Of a DNA stretch of 64,000 bases, positions 27,001-37,976 are shown one piece after another. Location of the stretch: the NCBI GenBank assembly GCA_038087875.1, contig CM075979.1, forward strand, positions 86,366,001-86,430,000. The letters run 5' to 3'. The notes beneath the pieces are model-generated. The model was not told the DNA's origin. It did not search any database and was given only the letters and a program-made list of their open reading frames with translations. Within the stretch, counting starts at the first letter, position 1. Each line of letters opens with the position of its first letter. The translations under genes were made by a program, and so were the position numbers. This DNA is from Malacoraja senta (Eukaryota).

Positions 27001-30000
27001 GGAGCAAAACAGAAAGCAAGCCTGGCAATCAAACAGAACAGCAACAGTAAATAGTGCAATGAAAATGATTTGGCAAGAAATTAGAGGCCATAAGTACAAA
27101 CAAAAATAATTAAAAATAATTCCATGAATATGAAAAAATAGCTGAGGGAAATAATGTAAAAATTGGGGCGAAAGTGCCAAACAAATAAAAGAAAAACATC
27201 AACAATATTAAAATCATTCCTCCATAATTCTAGTTTTTCTGTGAAAGCTGCCAATTGTTATAAGCGACATCTGGTGGCAAGTGCAAAAGACGACAAATAC
27301 AATTTTTTTAAAGGAACAATTCGACCTGATTGTACCCAGATTCTTGAACACCAGTATATTGTGTACCAGAATGTAAATGTCCCAAATCAAATAACTACAC
27401 CTAAAAGTGGATCACAACTAAATACTTGAATTCAGTTTGAACTAGTGTAGACAACATTTTCAATCATCAATGCAAAAACAAATATATATATATATATATA
27501 TTTGAGCGCACAAGGTTTTGTGTTCCTTGAGAATCCATGGGAAAAAGATGGGCAGATGGAGTATAATATATGAGATGCAAGATTATCCATTTGGTAGGAA
27601 AAAAGAGGAATGTTGTTTAAATTGAGACCACAATGGGATTGTAGTGTTCCCTTATGAAACTTAGTTAACAGACACTTGTCTAATTAATAAGGCAAACGTA
27701 ATGTTGACCTTCTATCACAGGGTATTGAAGTAGGGAAGTCTTGATACAACTATAGAGAATTTGTAACAACAACATATCTGGAGTAAATGCTTACCATTTT
27801 GGACTCTATTTAAGAAGGTAAATTCTTGCTTTGTGGATCCTTGCACTCACCCATGGGAAACATTACAGGATACCAATGCCCATTCTGAAAAACAACCATT
27901 TTATCCTTGCTTGCCAATCTCTTTCCTTAAACTTGTTATTTATCCAAGCTGAGACCAACTCTTCTATTCTACAAAGGTTTAATTTTAATAAACGGTCTCT
28001 AATGTGCTATTTTAAAAATCCACTTGAGCAATATGCACTCCATTCTATTGATCAACCATCTGTTCCTTCTTCGAAAACTTCAATTACATTGTTAAACACA
28101 ATTTTCCTTTTATAATTCCAGACTAGTTCTCAATAATTAGTCTAAACATCTCTAAATGCATATTATATTTTCCCCTGATTATTGCCTAACCATACCCATC
28201 ACTAATATTAAGCTGTTAATAGCTACTAAGCATTGTTACAAAAAAAATCTTATGTGCCATCTTCAATTTACCAGTTCTAATTGTCTTATGCCCCTGTCCC
28301 ACTTAGGAAACCTGAATGGAAACCTCTGGTGACCTTGCCTGCCATCCAAAAATAAATCAAGGTCGAGGTGATCTGCAACCTCCTACCACCACCCACGCAT
28401 ATGTTGAAATCCTTCCTCGACTATGAAGAAAACCTCCTTCGACCTACAGCAACCTCCTTCGACTAATTTGAAAACTGGCTTCGTTAAATTGGTCCACGAT
28501 TGAACAACACCCCCTTCGACCTCATACAACCAAACTGAAAACCAACAACGACCAGCGTCGACTGGTTACAGCTGTTGATCACGTGATGAAATGATGTCAT
28601 GATTGTTTATTTTTTCTTACAATAAAAGCCTCACAGGTTGTTTTAAAAAATCAGTCTGAACCATAAGAGCAGGGAAGGAACAAGTTAGGTGGATGTTACT
28701 AAAAGTGCATCTACTGCTGTCAGCAGCAGCCCTTTTCCTTCATCAGCCTTTCAAGAAAGGCAGAAGGAAAAGCACAAGGGTGAAGAGGAAGCAGAAGAAG
28801 AGGTGTCAGTGGGTGAAGCCCTTCTTGCAAAGAAGATTGATGCTTGGACAGTATGATAACCTGATGAATGTGCTGCAAGAGGATTTGTCTGCATTTAAAA
28901 ACTTTCTACGAATCACCCCTGAGCTGTTTAATGAGCTGAAGGAAACTGTGGGTCCCCTGCTGAAAAAAATGGAGACCTATATGAGGAAGCCACTGGAACC
29001 AGGACTGCGACTAGCCATCACACTCCGCTATTTGGCATCAGGGGACTCTTACAAGAGCCTCAGCTACAACTTTCTTGTAGCCCACAACACCATCAGTAAG
29101 ATTGTACGAGAGACCTGTGAGGCAATCATTAAGGTATATGGGGATAATGTGATTGTCTCCAGCCCTCCCTCACAACCAATTGGGCATCTGCCTCTGATGC
29201 AGTTTCAGAGACTGGTGAGAGGGCTCTATTGCTGCCTTCACATGTGGCAGTGAAGGATGCGATGTTGGTGGGGACATTGACTACCTGCCTGTTCTCCTCT
29301 GCCAGGGGTCTATCATGCAGGGCTACCTCCTCCTGTGGCATGTCCTTCTGCCACTCCTCCTGGGTGTATGGCAGGCCTTTTGGAGGGTTGTGCCCTACCC
29401 CTGCGAGTCTGCCTTATGGGAGCCATCACTTCTACAACTTTCCTCTACTAAAAAGAACTCTGCAACTATGATTGAGCATGACCAGGAGTGACAGAGGTCA
29501 CATGCTTATGTTAATATTAACCTTTTTTTCACCCAGTTTTATTCCACCCGGGAGGTCTTACCTTCGACCTCCCGTGACCACTAGCATCGCAACCGGCTGC
29601 GACTAAAAAATTACCGATTTTTAAAACGGCAACCTATTTTTGTCGAGACTGGTTTTGATTTTGTTGAAATAATCGAAGGAACATAGAAGAAGCCTCAACC
29701 ACGCGGAAACCACTTTCGACCATTAGGGAGAGTGACCAAAACGTCTGGGAACCTCATGGAATCCTTGGGTGCCGGGCAAGGTCACCAGAGGTTTCAGTTC
29801 AGGTTTCCTAAGTTGGACAGGGTCATTACACTACCACATATCTAGGGAACATTAGATGATTATGGCAAGCCATCTCACTATTTCCCTGAACAACTTGGAA
29901 TAAAAACTACCCAATCCTAGACACTTACCTGCAAAAGTACGGCCAACCTTTTCAATACCAATTCTCATACCGATATCATTATTCATTGACTAAGATTTTG

Positions 30001-33000
30001 GTGGCATCCGCTCTACCATGCCAAATACCACACAAATTACCCATTAAATTTGCGTTTAGACGAGCATTAAAAAAAAAAATTGTCCCAATTACCGTGCTCT
30101 ATTAGCTCATTATTCAAATGTAAGTAAAATATGTAAGTTAAGTGCCTTTCTATTTTCATATTTTCCCTTTGCCAGAATTATCCTCTTCCCTCCTCCTCTC
30201 AACTTGACAAATTTACTTTGCATGTTATCTTGTTTTCTTCGTCATATTCTCTTCTTTCTGCCTGTGACGAATAAATTTGACTTTGACTGACTTTGTGTCC
30301 AAAATCTATCTTTAAAGCACATGATACAATCCATTTCCTATTATTCTCTCATTCTATTTTAGCCTTGCTTCATTGAAATGATAAGTATGTAGGAAATCCT
30401 TTTCCATGTTCCATTATTTCTTGCCTTTGCCATCACTAACCTGAAACTTGTACCCAAGTGTCATCCCACTGACTCTTGGTCATTTTCCCACACCAGATCC
30501 AGCAAATATGCTTCGCAGTTGAGTTGAGAACATGCTGATCAAGGAAGCTTTGAAAATATGAAGCTGATTTTCTGTGGAGGGTTGCTTGTTCACGACTTAA
30601 GAGGGTAATATCAGAAGTTATAGTGCAAACGAAGCAAAGGGTGACTGTGTAAGGGGAGAAGGGTGGGATGGGGTGACGATGAAATCAGAGGAAAATGATG
30701 AGAAAAATCCTTCTTCATTTGTATCATTTTTAAACTTCATCTGCATAACAATTTAATTTCAGAAAATATTTTAATTTACCTTTTGCCCTCCACCTGCTGG
30801 ACGTTGACTGATGAATTCTGGGCCTAATCGCCTCTGCAATGCACTCTGGATTGCTTGATATTCTTCAGCTGTATATTGGAACTATAATGAAGAAAACAAA
30901 TGGAATTAATTTGGTAGAGTTCAGATACTTTATGCATGCTGTGGTTGTTTGAAAGAAGCAAGCTTCATTTCACTTAATTTTTTTTAATCTAATGCCTTAG
31001 AAAACACAGTATAATGTACTGCACAAATGAATTAGAGGACTGTGGTCATATATTTAATCCGAAATTCACCACAAATTCAATGACCTTAATAATTGGTCTT
31101 TAGATTGATTCATCGGATCTTGTGATGCTTGTTAGAGACTGGTTTCTATAGAGTAAAATTTGAATCAAGTAATTGCTGCTTGGTTACCTTCGAAAAAAGG
31201 ATGAGCTTCACGATTAAATAATTTACAAATATCCACCTTCTACCTCCAGCACCTAGCTGAACAACTGGTGAGAAAAAAACACTAACCATGGAATCAAACT
31301 TCACTGCCATCAGAAGTGTATTCTGAGAGAAAGGTACAGGAAGCTATGGAAGTAAAACATTTTATTGAAATTAAAACATTGTCCGGAATGAATATTGCTA
31401 TCAGAAACATTGGGTTTGTTCGCACCAGCATTCAAAATAATTAATGTCTCTCCAGATTCATCTAGATTTTAAGCTGAAATTATACCTTTTATCACATCTA
31501 AGTAGTTTATTAAACTGCATTTCCTTGAATAAAATGGAATGTTTCTGCTGCCAAGCAACTTTCCATGGGCTAAAACAGATGACTTGGTGGGAGGTTTCAC
31601 TGACCAGCATCATTGCCAACAGAAACACATGCTGCATCAGCCTGCAGGGTTTACAAGTGAGGAAATGGAAAAAGTATGATTTGTTGGATTTTTAAAAAAC
31701 ACTTTAAAGTAATTTATACCTAAAGCATACTGATGATTTGACATGGATGGAGGCTAAAATAAAATGTTGATCTAAATAGATTTCCTTTAGAAAGCCATAT
31801 TATTACTTCTGGACAATTATTGCAGGGTTATCTAGAAATATTGCATCAACACACTGGCTGGGTATAAAAGCTTCATAATTCAAGGAAACAGTCCTTTGAA
31901 AGCAGTCTTGAAGAGGGTCCTGGTCCAAAACATCATCTGTCTATTTCTTTCACAGATGCTGCCTGACCCGCTGACTACTACAGCAATTTATTTTTTCACA
32001 ATGAAAGTTTTGTACATGTTCAGAAAGGAAATCACCTAAACTCGATTAAGTTGTAATTTCATTTTTGTGACCAATGGTGGCGCTGGAGCACAGCAGTCAC
32101 AAAATCTGCCATTAAAATGGGAACATAAATGTTGCCACTGTAATAGATAAAACTATTCTCTACTCCATAACTACACTTCAGGTGAAGAAGAGATTTGGGT
32201 TGTGGCACAAGAATCTGCAAATGCTGGAATCTGGTGGGTATTAGGGAACAGGGGGCAGTAAAAGGAAAATGGGGAACCCAGAGTAGGGAGGGATAAGTGA
32301 AGAGCAGACGGAGGTGGGGAAAGGAAATGGGTGACACTGGCAGGCAGAGTTGAAAAAAAATGTGCAGGAGGGTAGGGGCAGCTGGATAGATGTGAAGGAT
32401 GGGGGTTTGGGGGAATAAAGATTTTTATTTTGATACCTCTCACTTTCTTCGAATCAAAGGTGAAGCCATGGGCACTCACATGGGGCTAAGTTATGCCTAT
32501 CCTTTCATTGGCAATGTTGAATATTCTCCAAATGGCTCCTGCACCACTCCCCAACTCGTTCTCTACCACATCGAAAACTGCATTGGGGCTGCCTCCTGCA
32601 CCCGTGCAGATCTCGTCAATTTAATCAACTTTGCAACTTTTCCACCCTGCCCTCAAATTCATGGACCATCTCTGATATCCCCCTCATCTATCCATGCACA
32701 CCTACTACAAACTACATCTACTAGATCCCATAGCTACCTTGACTGAAACTCCTCACTCTTTTGTAAGGACACATACCTTTCTCAGTTTTTCCATCTGTGA
32801 AACATCTGCTCTCAAGATGAGGCTCAAGGACATTGGAGATGTTTTGGAAAGAACTGCAAATGCTGGTTTAATTCGAAGGTAGACACAAAATGCTGGAGTA
32901 ACAGCGTGACAGGCAGGATCTCTGGAGAGAAGGAATGGGTGATGTTTTGGGTCGAGACCCTTCTTCAGACTGATGTCAGAGGAGTGGGCGGGACAGAGAC

Positions 33001-36000
33001 AGAATGTAGTTGGAGATTGTAAGACTGGCGGGAGAACTGGGAAGGGGAGGGAATGGAGAGGGAAAGAAAAGGCTATTTGAAGTTAGAGAAGTACCATGCG
33101 AGTACCCATGGATACACCTTGGATTCGAAGAAAGAGAAGAATGAAAATCATCCAAGAGTTTGTCAGGCTATCTTTGTGTTGTGTCTACGTGGCAAGTTGG
33201 CCTCCATGGGATACATAGACCGACTACGGACTTTCGACAAGAACCGTGAAACTTTTACCTCGTACTGTGAGCGAATGGAAATGTTTTTTATTGCAAATTA
33301 CATTATTGAAGCTGAAGAAACAGAGGATGCTGATCAAGTGCAGGTCAGAGCACAAAACAAGGCCATCCAGGAATGAAAGAAAGCCATTAGGGTTAGTATT
33401 GTACATCACATCAGATGCATATGCTCAGTTAAATATTGATCGTAAGAGCCAACAGTACCTCACGATAAACACACATGGAGCTTTATTTATACACAAAACC
33501 GCCCTATGGTGTGAAGTCAGCACCAAAAATCTTCCAAGCTATAACAGTCAAGATTATGCAAGGAATATCACATTGTTTGAGCAATCTGCTCAACTGTCAA
33601 TTGCTCAATTGTTGATTGCAACTACTACTGAGGAGAATCTGGAGATACTCAGTGAAGTGTTGAAACGGCTTGATGATCCACTTTCAAACCAATAGTGTAT
33701 ATTGGTTTGAAAGTGGATCAACATGGACTACAACCAGTGAAGGAAAAGATTGAAGCTATAGCAAACGCACCAACACCACAGAATGTGTCTCAACTTCGCT
33801 CCTTCCTGTGTATGGCACAGTATTACTCAAGTTTCTTATCCGAGTTATCCACAAAACTAGCTCCACTTCACAAGTTGTTGAACAAGGATAAAACATGGGA
33901 ATGGTCCAAAGAGCAACAAAATGCTTGCATGTAAGAAGAGTTTGACCAGTGATGCATTACTTGTTCACTACGATACAAATGGCAAGCTGAAGTTGGCTTG
34001 TGATGCATCTAGTTGTGAGGTAGGAGCTGTGATTTCACATGTAATGGGACAAGAAAAGCCTATAGCATTTGCATCACGCACACTTACCAAGAGTGAGTGT
34101 AATTGTCCAGAAATCGAGAAAGAAGCCCTTGATATCGTCTTTGGGATCAAGAAATTCCAACAGTATATGTTGGGTAGGAAATTCACCTGGTCACAGATCA
34201 TAAGCCACTTCTTGCTATTCTTGGTCCTCGGTCAGCAATACCTACAATGGCAGCCTCGAGGATGCAGTTCTCCTGTCACAGTATGACTACAGCATTGAGT
34301 ATCACAGCTCAAAAGAAAATGCTATTGCTGATGCATTGTCTTATTTGCCTCATAAAGAATCAGATGTGGGCACTGAAGGTGCTATCTATGTCGCAGAAGC
34401 AGTGGACAATGACTTTCCAGTCACAGAAGATGAAATTACTGCTGAAACTCAAAATGATAACAGTGCTAAAACAAGTGTACGAACAAACTTTGTGTGGATG
34501 GTCAGAAATAAAACTATGTACTAATGAACTAAAACCTTATTACAATAGACAACATGAACTGTCATGTGAGCAAGGGTGCATTAAACGGGGGTCAGAGTAG
34601 TAGTACCCAATTGTTTAAGACAAAGATTACTTATAGAACTCCATAGTGAACACAGGTCTTGTACGAATTAAGTCTACAGTCAGAGGTTGCATGTATTGGC
34701 CAGGATTGGACAATGACATAGAAGCAATGGCAAGCAAATGTAGCACCTGTCAGAGTTGCGGAAGTAGGCCTACCCAAACCCCTTTGCAAACATGGTCTTG
34801 GCCTACTAGACCTTTTCAGAGGGTTCATGTGGATTTTTGTAAACAAGGCAATAATAATGTTCTTGTTTTGGTAGATAGCCACTCAAAGTGGATTGAGGTG
34901 GTACATACGAGTACAAACACAACAACAGAAAGAACAATAGACGCATTGCGGTCTTTGTGTGTCATTGGATTACCTGAAGGGCTTGTCTCTGACAACGGCC
35001 CCTAATTTCGTGCTGCACCCTTCCAAACTTTCATGAAGCTAAATGGTATCAAGCATACCTTAGTGCCAACTTACCATCTGACATCTAATGGCGCAGCCGA
35101 AAGGTCAGTCAGGATAATCAAAGAAACTCTCAAGAAACAAGTTCTTGAAGGTAATTCAAATTTCAGTATGTCACAGCGGCTAGCTAGTTTCTTACTGAAA
35201 TATCGTACCATGCCACAATCTACCACAGGGTATACGCTACCTGAACTTCTCATGAAAAGAAGGTTCAGAACTAGACTGAGTTTGATTCTCTCCTAAGGTT
35301 GAACGCATACAATCTGATCAGAAACGTCATTATGGTGGAAGTCAAAAAGAACGTAGGTTCAATACACATGATCAGGTTTGTGTTAAGACCAAGCGCAGGC
35401 TCGGTGATCATTTCACTGAACCAAGCGCAGGCTCGGCAATCGTTTCAGTGAAAACGAAGCGCAGGCTCGGCAATCGTTTCAGTGAAAACCAAGCGCAGGC
35501 TCGGCGATCGTTTCATTGAAAACCAAATGCAGGCTTGGCAATCGTTTCACTGAAACCAAGCGCAGTCTCGGCGATCGTTTCACTAAAACCAAGCGCAGGC
35601 TCGCCGATTGTTTCACTGAACACCTCCGCTCAGCACTTCAACTCCCCCTCCCATTCCCAATCTGACCTTTCTGTCCTGGGCCTCCTCCATTGCCAGAGTG
35701 AGGCCCAGCGCAAATTGGAGGAACTGCACCTCATATTTCGCTTGGGCAGTGTACACCCCAGCGGTATGAACATTGACTTCTCTAACTTCAGATAGCCCTT
35801 GCTTTCTCTCTCCATCCCCTTCCCCTTCCCAGTTCTCCCACTAGTCTTACTGTCTGACTACATTCTATCTTTGTCCTGCCCCCTCCCCTGACATCAGTCT
35901 GAAGAAGGGTTTTGACCCAAAACGTCACCTATTCCTTCTCTCCAGACATGCTGCCTCACCTGCTGAGTTACTCCAGCATTTTGTGTCTACCTTCGATTTA

Positions 36001-37976
36001 AACCAGCATCTGCAGTTCTTTCTTACACATCAGGTTTGTGTTCTCAGCCCCCCTTACAAACTTCTTCTTGCATATGGCGTGCACAGCCTCAAGTTTTAGG
36101 TCAACTTGTTCTACTTGATCTATTTGTTTGTCAGGTTGATTGCATTTGTCGAAAACAGGGTGGACCACGTGAAGGTTGCAATCCCCCACCCCAGTAAACA
36201 AATGGGAGGTGGGAACAGTTGAAGTATGTGATATCAGGAGGTACTTGGTAGAATTTGGAGGACGTGTTAGAAGTGTGCACACAAACCATGCGATCCCAGC
36301 AAGGGATGAACCGGTACAAGAGCAGAGCATACACAAAGAAGCAGATCTGTCAGACTTTGGAATTATTCCAAGTTCAGATGTAAGATCAGAATCTCCAAAG
36401 AAAGGTAAATGATCTTGAACTTGATGTTCCTTCAGAACCACCTCACACTTCCCCTAAACCACTCAGGAGATTTTATAGATTTAATCTGACGACTGGTTTA
36501 CGCACCGTGTAAACCAGTCGTCAGATTAAATCTATAAAATATTCTTGTTTGTCTAATTTACAAGTTATTTTACTTTCTAAGGGGAGATCAGTGTAGTGCA
36601 CATAATAGTGTATATAATGGTACCTGTAACTTTAAGAACTGAGTACCAGAATGGTATGATTTGTGTCATGTGATATATTTATTATCTTATCAGTCTTCAT
36701 GAATATGTGCGAGCTTGCGCTGTGTACTTTTGTAAAATAAAGAAGACCCACAATGGCTACTGCGTGCACTGAATGAATACCTGTGCTTTGTTTCTATCTA
36801 CATGCTAAAGCTGTAATATCTTACAGGGGTGGAGTTGAATTCACTGGAGATAGTCTTTGAGCGGAGGATGCTCCTCAAACTGCAGAGGATCTTGAACAAT
36901 ACAGCTCCATGACACACTGGTCAACCTGAGGAGCATCTTCAGCAACAGACTGGTTCCAAGATGCAGCACAGAACGCCACAGGAGATCATTTTTCCCTGTG
37001 ACTATCAAACTACAATTGCTCTACCTTCTGTCGTGGGCTGGACTGACTCCCCTTCCCCCTACCTCCCCAATCTTTGCACATCCCCAATCCTGGACTTTCC
37101 ACTCGTCACTTTAATTTCATGTTTCATGTATCTTGTTGCGTTTTATGACTGTTGGCAGACCAAATTCCCTCCTAGGATAAATAAAATTCTATCGTATCGT
37201 ATCTCAATAAAGAGCAAGCGTCAGTTTAAGTAGATTGATAAAGCAAGTGACTGTCGGTGTTGTGAAGTAACACCGATGCCATCTCATTCAGCAACGAACA
37301 CAAACTACATTCACAAGCAGCTGCAACCACGGGAGTCACGAACTGGATGAGTGAGTAAACGTAAACACAAAGATAGACACAAAATGTGTGGGAAGGTACT
37401 GCAGATGCTGGTTTACACCGAAGATAGACACAACATGCTGGAGTAACTCAGCGCATCAGGCAGCATCTATGGAGAGAAGTAATAGGTGTGAAGAAGGGTC
37501 TCGACCCGAAACGTCAACCATTTCTTCTCTCCAGAGATACATAGAGGTACAGGAGTAGGTTATTCGGCCCTTCGAGCCAGCACCGCCATTTGATTCAATG
37601 TGATCATGGCTGATCATCCACAATCAAGTACCCCGTTCCTGCCTTCTCCCCATACCCCTTGATTCCGCTTGCCCTGAGAACTCTATCTAACTCTTTTAAA
37701 TGCATCCAGTGAATCCGACCTCCACTGCCTGACCCGTTTACTCCGGCATTGTGTGTTTAAGAAGGAACTGCAGATGCTGAAAAATCGAAGGTAGACAAAA
37801 GTGCTGGAGAAACTCAGCGAGTGCAGCAGCATCTATGGAGCGAAGGAAATAGGCAACGTTTCGGGCCGAAACCCTTCTTCAGACTGAGGGAGCCACGTTT
37901 GAACCACAGTGTCACTCACCTGCCCGAAACATATGGTGGGGTTGTGGACAGCGGACTGATCTTTCCCTTCAGACAT
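12009..37976 (-). CDS. RAD52: RAD52 DNA repair protein, complete gene: 11 coding exons, 1209 nt, 402 aa
   Basis: Exons: 37976-37920, 30881-30780, 25743-25650, 25378-25311, 25163-25045, 21521-21446, 18499-18303, 17058-16901, 15352-15260, 13413-13231, 12070-12009. All are GT-AG, phases are consistent, and there are no internal stops. Confidence 0.93.
13231..13413 (-). CDS. RAD52: RAD52 coding exon 10 ([11 protein letters not shown]...[12 protein letters not shown]...)
   Basis: caacag acceptor, CAG|gtaaga donor, 183 nt, phase 1-1. QMxTxxRTPH resembles human QMVTQNRTPH. Confidence 0.85.
15260..15352 (-). CDS. RAD52: RAD52 coding exon 9 ([31 protein letters not shown])
   Basis: tttctgcttgtag acceptor, G|gtaggt donor, 93 nt. 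HSTPV motif as in human RAD52. Confidence 0.85.
15734..16222 (-). mobile_element. CR1 (HER1-like) LINE fragment with internal deletion
   Basis: [38 protein letters not shown] is fused directly to the 3'-end segment PFRTEMRK. Near-identical to parts of the copy at 58241-59985. Confidence 0.85.
16901..17058 (-). CDS. RAD52: RAD52 coding exon 8 (contains [15 protein letters not shown])
   Basis: Conserved RAD52 [14 protein letters not shown] motif; tttacatag acceptor and CCAG|gtacag donor. Confidence 0.92.
18303..18499 (-). CDS. RAD52: RAD52 coding exon 7 ([25 protein letters not shown]...)
   Basis: AKR..EP.V..ARY matches human AKRQDLEPSVEEARYNS; atttttaag acceptor and CG|gttggt donor. Boundaries were chosen by phase. 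Confidence 0.8.
20060..20615 (-). mobile_element. CR1 (HER1-like) LINE 3' fragment
   Basis: [46 protein letters not shown], a typical CR1 ORF2 C-terminus plus 3'UTR. Confidence 0.9.
21446..21521 (-). CDS. RAD52: RAD52 coding exon 6 ([25 protein letters not shown])
   Basis: Near-identical to the human peptide; 76 nt; CAG|gtgagg donor. Confidence 0.95.
22240..23935 (-). mobile_element. Penelope-like retroelement, 5'-truncated, frameshifted (RT + GIY-YIG endonuclease + pLTR)
   Basis: RT motifs [31 protein letters not shown] and RYIDD; GIY-YIG region [21 protein letters not shown]; stop at 22429; then a pyrimidine tract and a hammerhead-like pLTR. Confidence 0.9.
24331..24585. repeat. CpG-rich minisatellite (CCGACAGCCCGACCGATCCTTCGCAGCA-like units) grading into (GACT/GACC)n
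   Basis: About six imperfect 30-42 bp units are visible directly, followed by tetranucleotide repeats. Confidence 0.8.
25045..25163 (-). CDS. RAD52: RAD52 coding exon 5 ([39 protein letters not shown])
   Basis: Hallmark Rad52 domain motif; 119 nt; GT-AG. Confidence 0.97.
25311..25378 (-). CDS. RAD52: RAD52 coding exon 4 ([23 protein letters not shown])
   Basis: 68 nt; near-identical to the human peptide. Confidence 0.96.
25650..25743 (-). CDS. RAD52: RAD52 coding exon 3 ([31 protein letters not shown])
   Basis: 94 nt; YIEG and FGYNGW motifs; gtaagt donor. Confidence 0.97.
26185..26605 (-). mobile_element. CR1 (HER1-like) LINE 3' fragment
   Basis: [20 protein letters not shown]..; same subfamily as 20060-20615. 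Confidence 0.85.
28289..29825 (+). mobile_element. PIF/Harbinger DNA transposon, internally deleted, with TIRs and TTA target-site duplication
   Basis: About 55-bp TIRs (TGCCCCTGTCCCACTTAGGAAACCTGAA... / ...TTCAGGTTTCCTAAGTTGGACAGGGTCA), with TTA at 28286-28288 and 29826-29828. ORF 28693-29150 encodes a Harbinger transposase N-terminus ([48 protein letters not shown]); the DDE core is missing. Confidence 0.9.
30780..30881 (-). CDS. RAD52: RAD52 coding exon 2 ([34 protein letters not shown])
   Basis: 102 nt; matches human [32 protein letters not shown]. Confidence 0.96.
32205..33145. mobile_element. Two Penelope-like fragments (older + strand RT piece about 32400-32830; younger - strand pLTR/3' end about 32845-33145)
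   Basis: [23 protein letters not shown] on +; on -, the pLTR/hammerhead-like sequence and endonuclease stop region, then a short RT piece. Confidence 0.75.
35385..36028 (+). mobile_element. Penelope-like 3' fragment inserted into the Gypsy integrase, with 14-bp TSD
   Basis: ATCAGGTTTGTGTT at 35371-35384 and 36029-36042; contains the GIY-YIG C-terminus ([24 protein letters not shown]) and a pLTR. Confidence 0.9.
36470..36540. repeat. Perfect 32-bp inverted repeat with 7-nt spacer
   Basis: ATTTTATAGATTTAATCTGACGACTGGTTTAC-gcaccgt-GTAAACCAGTCGTCAGATTAAATCTATAAAAT. Confidence 0.95.
36826..37204 (+). mobile_element. Rex1/Babar-like LINE 3' end
   Basis: [18 protein letters not shown]-like C-terminus, AATAAA, and a (TATCG)n-like tail at about 37190-37204. 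Confidence 0.6.
37372..37886. mobile_element. Nested Penelope pLTR-derived short elements with an inserted CR1 3' end (about 37540-37728)
   Basis: Repeated aaggaactgcagatgctg..gacacaaaatgctggagtaactcagc units. A CR1 3'UTR (ggcccttcgagccagcaccgccattc) splits one unit. Confidence 0.8.
37855..37882 (-). ncRNA. Minimal hammerhead ribozyme motif (Penelope-associated type)
   Basis: Minus strand CUGAAGA-A-GGGU(UUCG)GCCC-GAAAC-GUU: conserved core boxes, 4-bp stem II with UUCG loop and palindromic AACGUU stem III. Stem I is only about 2 bp. Confidence 0.6.
37920..37976 (-). CDS. RAD52: RAD52 first coding exon ([19 protein letters not shown])
   Basis: aagATGT start; ends CFGQ like human LCFGQ; CAG|gtgagt donor. 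Confidence 0.92.

Larger units (their letters stand above)
33150..36825 (+). mobile_element. Decayed Ty3/Gypsy (Mag-like) LTR retrotransposon; 5' LTR absent, 3' LTR about 36592-36825
   Basis: Gag start [31 protein letters not shown] (ATG 33206); RT remnant YLTINTHG; RNase [29 protein letters not shown]; integrase [44 protein letters not shown] at 36579, then a TG...CA LTR containing AATAAA. Confidence 0.9.

Noticed and set aside
35388-35620. Roughly 33-bp repeats resembling a CRISPR array
   Set aside because: There are no spacers, the context is eukaryotic, and the unit derives from Penelope endonuclease-coding sequence.
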